Shown piece after piece: positions 53,501 through 64,000 of a stretch of 64,000 bases of DNA. The stretch lies in assembly GCA_040954595.2 (NCBI GenBank), contig CM082579.2:1501908-1565907 (forward strand), given 5' to 3'. The position numbers and the translations under genes are program-made. This DNA comes from Balanoglossus misakiensis. Its lineage: Eukaryota > Animalia > Hemichordata. Each line of letters opens with the position of its first letter. The first letter of the stretch is position 1. The notes under the pieces are model-generated. The model did no database searches, was not told the origin of the DNA, and was given only the letters and a program-made list of their open reading frames with translations.

Positions 53501-56500
53501 TCTTTAAAAAAATTAATAAAAAAAAACTTCAAGACATCCGGTAATAAAAACATTCATAAATGTCTCCAGAATATATTTCTTAAGATTATCTAAAGATGAG
53601 GTCTAGTCATTGCAATATAAAATCTTGGTTTGTGCTCCGTGTATATGAGATCAGTTTCATCTTTCTAGTTTCATAATCTACTTTTGCATTAATTTTTCAC
53701 TGACTTCCCATTTCTTAATGGAAATAATACCCATGTGCCCAGATTATTTGTGCTGAAGAAATTTTCCTATTTAGGTCAAGGAGGATTATTTCAAGGTGAC
53801 TTGTTTTCAATGTTTTTGGAACCTCATACTCTTGTATACAAAATTCGTCGAATCTTAATTTATAGCAATTTTGTCATCTAGCCTGAGTGCAAAGCCAAAG
53901 TGACTTGTGCAAGAGTTTTCATTAAAAATACGAAAAAAAAACACGCATTTCATCTCTTAAGGGGTGCATTATGTGTTTCAGATTAATATTTCTGAAATGA
54001 TTGAAAGACATATTTATTCCTCTCAGTCATGAATGTATCCCGCTTAAAAGTACACACGCATTGTAATTATTTCAGCCTTTATGAATAATTTCTTTGAAAT
54101 CAGTCATTACTATACGAAGGGTTGTTTAGAAATAATTATGGATATTTTCAATATACAGACATGTAATTCTACTCCAGTCAAATCAATGTACAGACTGAAG
54201 GCAGGAAACTCCGTTGATTGAACAGTCGGCATTGACTGGCAATGATTAAAAAATAAATCTGTATCTTTGATCCTTAGAGTAAATCAAGCAAGTTCACACT
54301 AGCATACATCAAGTCAATGTTCACACTTTTCTGTCGTTTGAATTTGTCACTGTCTTCCAATCCATGATGTCCTTTTAAGCCACTTGGTGCCTGTCGAGAA
54401 TCTCTCAATGATCAATGCATCTGACAGTTCAGCAAACCACATTTCTCTTTTATTAAAGTCGGATAAAAATCAATTCCCCATCGCGGCGTCTCTATAACAG
54501 CTAAATGGGTCAAACAACATACCTGACAAAAAAGCTCCCCCGTCTCTTCGCACAAAAACAGTATTATGCAGCATTGCGATTCAGTCTGTTCTTCAAGCTG
54601 CATCAAAACAGAGAAGACGATCTTGTTAAAATATGGGATGCATTCGCAACTTTATACGGTGTTGAAAGGAATGGATTATTGTGATATGAACAGATGAATA
54701 GAATCTAAAACAACAAGTATTTAGCTTTTGAATGAGTGAAAGCTGGTCTCTGTCGAGTCATGATAAAGGTTTTAAAAAGGTTATGCAGGGTTCATTGCAA
54801 AATACACACCAACATTTACAATGTCATTATTGTTGTGAATTATTGTGCACATTAATAAAATGAGCATATTATATTCCTTATGACAATAACACTTCTGTAC
54901 ATGTCTGAGGGGGTGTGTTTTGAATTTTCACAAAAGATACTCACATATCTGATGACTTTCAACTGTAATATTCCAGCATCTTTGTCATGGAGATCTTCAC
55001 AAAGTCTCAAGATGCCGTCTGACTGTGATAGCTCCTGCCTTTGACACGTCCTCAAGAGGCGCTGAATACAAACAGCTATCTGCAGTTTGGAATCAGAATA
55101 GCAGACCAAGTGCTGACTTAACAATAGGGGTAAGGGGCCATCAATAACTTGAATTGGTGATTGATGGGTTTACACATGTCAAAGCCTTGAGAGCTTGGCA
55201 AAATAACACTGGGTACAGTTTAATTATCGTTAAACAGGATAATAATGAGTGTATGCGGGCAGTAAAAAAAAACACTAAATAAGTGAATTATGACGACAGA
55301 TATGAAAATTATCATCAGACTACTTGAACCAGACAGGAATTTCTCGCACATTACCAAACTGAAAAATTGTGAGTAAGTGTTTTGTTGCAAGTCACAATAA
55401 AGGTCACAATAATCTGACAAACCATGCTTGCCTGGTGACACCGCTCTTCTGACTGTGCTTGAAGTACAGTACTACATATTTCTGTTGCCTAGCGAGCCAT
55501 TAAAACGGCTGAATCTATTATGATTAGTGTCTGCATGGAGACAACAATACCATGCTGTATAATTACAGCTGGGGAAAGAACAAAAAAATGACAGGATGTG
55601 TCCTCTTAATACTCACATGTTTTTCAAGCAGTGTCAAGTTTTGCTGGTGAACTGGCGATAATGTACCACATACAACCTGATAATGAATAGACAATTTATT
55701 AATCATCAGCTTATAATTAAAATTTCAAGTCAACTTCAGTCAAAACCACACTCATGGTTTAAAAGGCAAATTTAGCAACAGGGAAACTGGAAGTTTGACA
55801 TCAAATGGGATATTTTCTTCGTGAATTTTTGTAAAATATATTATAGCAGTGATGAAGAGAAGTTATGTCATTCTTGCCAATAAATCGAATTCATAGTGAC
55901 TCATATGGGTATTTGATCATGGGTTTTAAATAATAAATGACATTCTGTTAAAATTGTTAAGTGCAGTACATTATGCTTTGTGAGAATAGACTGAACAAGT
56001 TAACACTGTCAACGGTGCCAAAACACATTCAACAATGCAAACTTTGACAACAACTGAAATGTGTCACCACAAACGGAGACAAATTAGCATTGGACACTCT
56101 CTCGGGATTAGGTCTGCCGTTCCTATTTGCTCAGTATAGAATGTGGTGGCAGTCATTTTAGGTTTCATCCATTGTTCAGTTTAGTATGTCAGAACAACAT
56201 AAGTACATTTTTGTGGGCAACTTCATTCATTCCTATGGTGTCTCTTTGTATTAGGTTTTCTCCCTTGTGTATTTAATTTTTTTTCCTGTGAGACAATTGT
56301 AAAAGAAGGTGAACAAGAAAATGCCTTACCCCAAGAAGACATAGTATTCTGTCGGATTCAGGATGACTCACTGGTGATAAGACAACTGTAAATAATGGTT
56401 GAATTGGAAAGGCTTGACAAGACTATATTAAAAATGTGTAAACATTGAAAATAAAAAAAGTCTTTGAAATGGCATGCTTCAAATGCTATTTCAAGTACTC

Positions 56501-59500
56501 TCTGACAAAGTCAACTCTTTGTTATGACGCTGTAGTATCATCATGAGTGCATGCGGCTGTCAAGATTATTATTATCCCTTGTCTCAACACTTGTCTAGTT
56601 TTAGCACTCACTTCACAACAATTTATGAAGAACGTTTGCGAAATGTATAATGAACAGAGCAATTTGTGAAGAACGTTTGCGAAATGTATAATGAACACTG
56701 TAGACATAACATAAACTTCAGCAGCACTGGTTGCTGAATACGATCTTACTTCCATTTAAAAAGTTATCCCCTACAGACTTGGGCAATTCTGTACCTTGTT
56801 TTTGTGTTGAACCTGCATCTACTCCACTGGGTAATAGGCCTGTCAAGGGGTCTTCTGACGGCAAATCACTGCACACAAGTCGTCTTCTACTATCATAAAC
56901 AGACCTGGTGAGATCAGCCACAATGCTTATTGAGTTCAATATAATATTCGACCTTGACACACATAAGGTGTTCAGTCCAGCAAAATGGAAAGTGCTTTAT
57001 GGTCACTTGATTTGAAATCTCCAGAAAATTACCCTTACTGAATTCATGCGTAGTTCACTGCAGGTTAATTATGTGTTATTGGAACGCAGCTGTGTACTGT
57101 ACATGTTCTGACAGACAGTGATTTCTGCTCTAAAAACCACAAGCCTATATTTTCTGTCAGTCTAATGAATTCAAAGTAAACATACATGTATATCCCCTTT
57201 AATTCAATGGCAAGTTTGTTTTTGCGTAACCCATGCTTCTTGAATGGCTCCCTGCTATGTATATTTCCCTAACATGGACCAATCAAATGACGTTGTAAAT
57301 CACCAAAGCACCATTTTCAAAAATAGCTATTTATACAGGCCCCCTTTTGCAGAAGTTGATCTTATGAAAATCTACCAAGATCCCAGCTAAATTTATCTGC
57401 TTCAAAAACGATTGCAATTATCATCCATTTCTAGTACTCAAAGGTGGATATAGAATTCATCTTCACCAGCGAGTCTAATATCAGTTTTAGATATTAGTCT
57501 CTGTCATATATGCCCGGCAACAAAGGTGAAGCAAGTGTGAAATTGATATTAGGAAGTGCATCAACCCCGGGGTAAAATATCTGATTATTGGTCCGTGATG
57601 GACACATGTATGGCCTGAGAAAATTACTGGTGTGGTATAAGCAGTGAGGGGAGAGAAGTTGAATTGTATGGAACTGTACTTCGCGAAAGCACTCAGTCTG
57701 GATAAAAAGCCAATTTACAATCATTAAAGGCTATCTCCCGACTGGTGCAGGTGCTCAAGATATTGATGGTAATCTCTCACTTCACTGGGAGACCTATGCC
57801 GCCTTTCTTCTTTCTCCTAGACACACATGCAGACATGCACATTACAACTCTGACTCTGGTGTCGTTATTTCACTTCCAGAGATGCCCGTTTTGAAATTTC
57901 ATTAATCATTTCACTGAATAAACAGGTGCACAGTTATTTGTTTTAAAGAGAAAAAATTGACTGCAAGAGGGTAAAATCTCTTTCCTTCGTGGTTTAATGG
58001 CAAAAAGACATGATAAAATTTCCAATAAAACTTGCCCGAGTGCAGACTAAATATGATACTATTGACAGAGCACAGTTCAAAGAAACTAATAGAAGACAAT
58101 TACACAGCTACTGAGTGCCTCAGTAAATTGTTACAGATAGGGGTAACCTATTCAGGCATAATTTCTGCCCTTGTACAGAAATCTCAGTCTGTCTTTTCCC
58201 AGTCTCTACATAATAGTATCATGATGTTATGATAGACACATGTATACAGCTATCACAGTTAACAAGATACAATGTGGATTGAAAATGAAGAGAACAGTAG
58301 ATCCATACCTTGCGAGACCTGATTTTGGTAAATCATGCACAGCATGTGATACCCTGTCTTTGTTTTGAAGATTACCAGTCTTGCTTTCAATTAAGTAGAT
58401 AACTGTATCCGTCTGAAATGCAAACATCATTTTAAAAGGATACTACAAAGAAAACTCAATTACAATCAAGGACATCTGACCACAACATGAAAACTTCTAT
58501 TAAGAGGTATATCATGGAAATCTGACAAAACACTGAAAAACAGACAAACAGCTGAATGCTTCCATTATCAAACTGTTTTTGTTATCTGTAAATCATAAAT
58601 TGATGACTAATGGTAGGTGAGATATATTATGTACTGGAGGTAACAAGACTAGATCTGCATACACCAGACCCTAGATTAAACGGGAAGCCCTAGATAGAGC
58701 CAGTCAGTACAAATGCATTTGACATCAACAAAGCTGTTCCTGTCTCATTCCTTCATTGCCACTGGGTTAGGCCTCAAGCTGACAATGTCCATTTGTGAAT
58801 GGTCAATCAGCCAGAAAATTATCATTTTTTATTTTTAGAAAATCAACCAATAAAAAAAATGAGCATTTTCTTGCCAAAAATTTATTGATGTTAGAAATAA
58901 TTTTACTGCTAAAAATTTGATGATAAACTGCCAACATAATTTGGCGGTTACCACTGAGAAAAAATTTCATGGATGTTATTTTCTTTTCACTGCTTCCGTC
59001 TGAATGGGACTTCAACAATGCAAGGTGATCTTACAGACTGAGGTAATTCACATTGATAATCAAATTGCGATACATATACAATGCAATGCATGTAGGTCAA
59101 TTGGAAAGATATGTAATTTTCAAACATGGCTTCACCACTACTTAATTATTTCACAAGGCAAACGATTCTCTGAAGTCTCATTTTATCATCATTATAATTC
59201 CAAAGCCTTTGCTGTGAATTCAGCAATGAGCATATGTTCAGACTCTTTAAAAAGTAAAAAAAAAATAATATGATCAGACAGATGAATTTTAAGTTAATAT
59301 TATCTGCATAGTTTAAATATTATCTGCATAATATTTTGAATATTGAAAATAATAAATTTTGCATAATCAAAAAAATTTACATTCAGTGTATCATGGTTCC
59401 CCTTGAAATTGGCCAGGGGAAAACATCTCCCAAGGCATTTAATTCATTTAAATACAAAAATTATATGCAACACTGAAAATATAAAAAGTAAAATGTGGCT

Positions 59501-60332
59501 TGATAGAGAAATCTATCAATTCCTGCAGGTAAGTGAAATCAGCAAATGACGCATGTTTTGTCCTGAGCTGTATGGACCTTTTTCACCCAACACAAAGTAA
59601 CATCTTGATATCATATGATTGTGAATAGGTTCCAATCAATGCAAGACTGTTCTATATACACAGTTTCCAATTTAAAATACACCGCAGTGCAACATTCCAT
59701 GACACACAATATGTCAATTCCGATTCAGCACTTTAAACCCAGACATCTGTATAATTCCAATTATGTTATGGTTAATTGCTGTTCAGATGATATTTCAAAA
59801 TTTATGAACATATTGGAGTTTCAGTGAGATATTTGAAAGCAAGATGGATGGGTTTTGGTAAAATATTTGTCAGTGTGCAATTAATTAGTATGACTTACGC
59901 TTTGACTACATACACATACAACTGATACTGTAGTATTAACTTTGGTGTTTGCTTTGTACGTTACTCTGATATGTACATGTACCTATGTACAATTCGTAGT
60001 TACATTATAATATGATATTTTTCAAAAGGCAGACTTCTGCCTTCAAGAAAATAAACTATTTATAATAAATAATTAGAAACAGGTAATACAACAGTGAAAT
60101 CCTTTTTTATCTTTTCTTTCGAAATATTGCTGGTGGAAACTGGTAAAATTTCCATACTGAAAAAAAAGCCTTTTACAACTTGCCGTCATAGGAGGCCATG
60201 CAATACTACTTGTGAAGGAACCAGAAAAATGCTTTCACTTACTACATTAGGCAGGCAGTCGTGTGTCACGTCACTGATAGCTTCGCTAAGGGAATCCCAG
60301 TCGATCACAGCACACAGTTTTAGCAGAGAATC
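38531..60332 (-). CDS. PDE2A: cGMP-stimulated 3',5'-cyclic nucleotide phosphodiesterase (PDE2A-like); 29 exons, 882 aa recovered; N-terminal start exon not identified and may lie beyond the window
   Basis: Exons (minus) 60332-60243, 58412-58309, 56904-56795, 56385-56330, 55676-55617, 55079-54945, 54597-54523, 53302-53264, 53028-52963, 52585-52455, 52119-52008, 50735-50696, 49479-49416, 48706-48631, 48403-48343, 48198-48082, 47327-47286, 46668-46595, 46168-46091, 45840-45718, 45442-45249, 44309-44222, 43079-43032, 41910-41836, 40286-40187, 39867-39755, 39434-39396, 38996-38890, 38762-38531, all phase-compatible. GAF-A (SMLCVP..AFNK), linker [27 protein letters not shown] ([34 protein letters not shown]), catalytic [66 protein letters not shown]. 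Confidence 0.96.
40980..41286. mobile_element. Probable non-autonomous DNA transposon (MITE-like) with a long near-perfect hairpin at 41142-41283, in a PDE2 intron; left boundary approximate
   Basis: Arms agcaataaaacaccccagccatgttataccactcgattttgaccagttca..catatacgcac and gtgcgtatatg..tgaactggtcaaaatctcgtggtataccatggctgggggtgctttattgct, ~65 bp of pairing. The upstream part has TGATTGG and CACGTG motifs and is GC/CpG-richer than the flanks. Family not assigned. Confidence 0.65.
50114..50695 (-). CDS. Putative alternative in-frame extension (194 codons) of PDE2 exon 50735-50696 via a distal donor
   Basis: 582 nt open in frame past the proximal donor, with coding-like composition. It ends at GAT A|GTAGGT (50114/50113), the same phase (1) as the proximal donor, just before the in-frame TAG. 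Confidence 0.6.
56619..56697. repeat. ~41-bp tandem duplication in a PDE2 intron
   Basis: caattt(a/g)tgaagaacgtttgcgaaatgtataatgaaca occurs twice in tandem. Confidence 0.88.
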
Positions 60333-63300
60333 CTGAGAAGACAAACCATCAGACATTTCGTTACTTTTGTAGTATTTGCAAATGACTACAAAAGAATGGC
60401 ACTGCAGTCACTCGGAGCTGCCTGTGTTAGCCGGTGCCCATTCAGAGCAATGCTATTTCACATTGGGAAGCCAAATATTTTGTTATTCTGCCCAGCTTAC
60501 TTACATAATCAACAAATTTTATGCATGCAGATTTATGTCACTGACGTTTACAGTTATGTAAATTGGGATTGGACTATAGCTTTTCTATGGCTAATTCTTT
60601 CACCTTAATCACAATGGCATATTTAATCTTTGAATTTCATTTCATTCTATTACATTTTTTATTTAGTTCATTGAGATAAAATACTAAAACTGAACATACT
60701 GTATGGAATTTTGTGCAGCACATATTCATATATTGCGTGGTCAGCTGACCTGAAACCTAGAATGATTTCCGATAAAACTTTATGGTCGATGATGTTGTTA
60801 GCGTTCACACAAATCTATATCCTTAAACCTTTTATATCCATGATTACCGCGTTTCAAGTACATTTCACATAAAAGGCGACTACAAGATGAAATTTGAAAA
60901 TGAACATACACATAGCACATGAATATTTCATTCCATAGGCCTGATGTGATTGTGGGAGCTATGACTATCACTGTCAGAAGGGATTCAACTGCTATTTTGT
61001 TTTGAATACAACCAGGAGACAGCTCACTTCAATTTATGATAATCTATATCTGGCTTGCAAACTTATAAACTGTTATGGTGACCAGACAGCTGACAGAAAA
61101 TATATTTTCATGACAGTCTTGAACAGTAATCCTGCTCATATTTTTGATATCATTCCAGAACCTGTTTGGCAAAGAAAGCAGAGTTCCTGTTTTGAATCTG
61201 CTGATCTTGCTGAGGTCTATGTTACTGTAGTCAACTGTCTATAATTAAGTCTCTTAGCACTTTAGCAATTCCTCCAAAAATAGTCCCGGACTAAATTCAC
61301 TAAAAGCACTAGTTAATAAGAACTGCATGTACATGGAAAGTCAACGGGTCAATGAGGGCAAAGGGCAAGAAAGTAATACTGACTCTAATAACCTTAACAT
61401 CTCTAAGATCATCAAGTTCAACTCAAGCAACCCCATTACTCCCAAGTCCATATATAGTTTATTTTACAATTTCCAGTGACATGTTGACATATCTTAATTG
61501 CACTTGTTTCAAACCAGGAGTATGACCAACAAGATTTGATTCTCCTATGACATTTTCCCCACTTTAATTGGAATTACACATTTACAGAACACTTTGTGAA
61601 CACTGAATACTGACTGAACCAAGGTCAGATGAATTACCGGCACTATCTGTCAGATATCTTCATCTGTCATAATGCACCTTTGTGCCAAGCTAGGTCAAAT
61701 ATTTGCTGAACAAATGATTCCAAACTCTATTAGAATGGCCCAACAATGTGATTAGAATGGTTCAACTGGCTATTTCAGAAATCCCGGACAAGCTTTGTCC
61801 AGGATGGAATGCATGGTGTCAGAGCAAACTGAGTATTTGTACAAATTCTAGGTTAGTCCACTGCATTAAGCTTTACCAGGTTGTAGCAAACAACAGTTCT
61901 GTGGCAACACCAAGCACAAAGACTGTACAACAAACAGAATGGCCCTACAGTATATACATTACATGTAGCTGTTATCACAGGACATACATGTATGAACAGA
62001 TTATGCAGTAGGACCAGTCTCCACGTTGTTAAACAATAGCAGTCTGTGACTTCAAAAAATTATAAATCAACTGAATCACACCTACAGAAAATTGGTACAA
62101 ACATTTATAAAAGACACCCTAAATGACCCCAAAACAGATGCGAACTATGATTTTAGATATTGGCAAACAATATAAAATAAAGTAAAAACTAAAATATGTT
62201 TTTAAATTTTTATTGCCTTGTGGTGACATATTGCCATAAAACAGCGACAACCACATGCACTTTACAAAGGACAATGGTAAAAAGGTTTACAACTGTAATG
62301 CACATTGATTTCTGGATACAAGGACTCGACTGCAAAAGAGTTACACAACAATAGCACCAGTCAAGCAAAACGTCTCTTTGAATCATTGAGTATATGTAAT
62401 GGACATTATCCGTTGTAAAAATGCGACACAAATAATTTATAAATTCGGTAAACAACATGAAAGTATTTGTGAAAAGGCAATAGAACCAATGATGTACAGG
62501 TTTAAGAGTTTTGTTTATTAATCTGCTAATTAATTTAAAATCTCTCTGATGGAGGACATTTTGGTTTTGATTTTTAGGGCTTGCTAAAGTTGCAGCATAG
62601 TGATTACAATATGAGCAGAATACTAGTAAGTATCTGAAAAAACATCACATTAACATCACAAACTAAAATGCATAATGAATTTGCTCCTTTAAACCTAGAT
62701 TTGTAATGCACTCGTTAATTTCCAATGAGATTTCCAAACAGCAGTTGCATATCTGATGATGAAATACTGTTAGTTCCTTGCATACTGAATTTATATGGAA
62801 TTTATTTCCTTCCCATTAAAGTCAGAGACTCAAATGTTCTGAATGTAAGGATTCAGAAATTTCCACATTTCAGATTCCTTTAATCTCCAGTGCATTGAAT
62901 GCACTAAATTCCAATACCACATAGCATGATATGCAGAGGGACTTGCAAATATGCATCTTCAATAATAGCCAGTGATTATCATGCAAAAATTGTCTTTGTG
63001 GTGCTGACAGAAAGCAAATAGTAACCGCTGAGTTTGACATATCCAGTCTGAGGCCTTATCACGTACACTGTATGAAACATACTTTTCAGTCAACAATTGT
63101 TCTCTGTTATATTCTTATATCTAACCTAAATACTTGTGGGTTTCAGAACCTTCAGTTTGTCATATTCTTACAACACAACAGTATATTTGAACAGTTCTAA
63201 AACTGAAAACACGCTAAATGCTAAGTGCAATGATCTATTGTTATTTTTCTCGTTTCACTTTGAGCTTGAAATACAACAAGGCTTCATCACACAATTGGTC

Positions 63301-64000
63301 TTGGCATACATTACATTGCATATGCCCTTTTAAACAACATGAAGTTCAATGAATGTATATTTCCATTTGGTATGAAACTGACTATGGTCTATTTCTGTCA
63401 GCTCATGGTAATGTTCACCAGTACAGCACATGAAAAGAAAATCATATATTACCCACTATAAGCTATTGTCATAAAAGTAGTCAGTCCTGAGAGTTACATA
63501 ATAATTAATATCATAAAAACATGTTTTACAATATACTTATTTTTTTCATGGAACATAGTTGAAATATAAATCCTTACACAAAACAGTTTTGCTATATAAA
63601 AAAATCAAACAAGTTTCATGCCCTAATTATTGGATTTAAATAGAGAAAAGGAAACATAGCACTATATCAACTCTAGGGTACTCATTGTTTGAAAGTAGGT
63701 CACATGAGTCTGTTTACTTCATGCACACTAGCTTTACATGGATATGTTTTTGATCCCAATACTGGTTTAATTTTCATTCTTGATGCAATGTACTGATGCA
63801 CTTGATGGAAGATATTAGCTTAATGTAAAAAAAAATAATTGCATGAGTAGATATGTGCAGGATTGATTGCTATCACTTATATCTTTTCTCGTGCATCAAA
63901 AATTTGACAAGGTCAAATCCTGGAGTGGATGATTTGTATTGTGGTTGTCATAGTTACAGTTCACTCACTCTGTATGCTTACACACATACATTTGTATTGA

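Noticed and set aside
59899-59927. AG/GT-bounded 29-nt candidate PDE2 microexon
   Set aside because: Not a multiple of 3 in a phase-0 intron. The flanking exons already join to match PDE2A without it.

Overview
AT-rich, intron-containing animal DNA with GT-AG introns throughout and no prokaryotic features. The cyclin A C-terminus resembles, from memory, echinoderm or hemichordate sequences, so a marine invertebrate deuterostome is a tentative guess. I reconstructed four spliced protein-coding genes by hand with phase-consistent exons. (1) A canonical TRP (TRPC) channel on + (CDS 6795-14089, probable 5'UTR exon ending at 272). (2) A GALNT10-like polypeptide GalNAc-transferase on - (26188-18545). 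(3) Cyclin A on - (33309-30396). (4) A PDE2A-like cGMP-stimulated phosphodiesterase on - (29 exons, 60332-38531; first coding exon not located). The main finding is that the TRPC gene carries two tandem, homologous, mutually exclusive exons (10489-10687 and 11510-11705). Each encodes the whole pore helix, selectivity filter and S6 gate, and the second has Lys-Arg at the filter mouth and lacks the usual outer-pore glutamates. One gene may therefore make two channels with different pores, and a ~130-nt hairpin lies just upstream of the second exon. The PDE2 gene shows an in-frame 194-codon alternative exon extension between GAF-A and GAF-B, plus possible diverged duplicate GAF-B exons.
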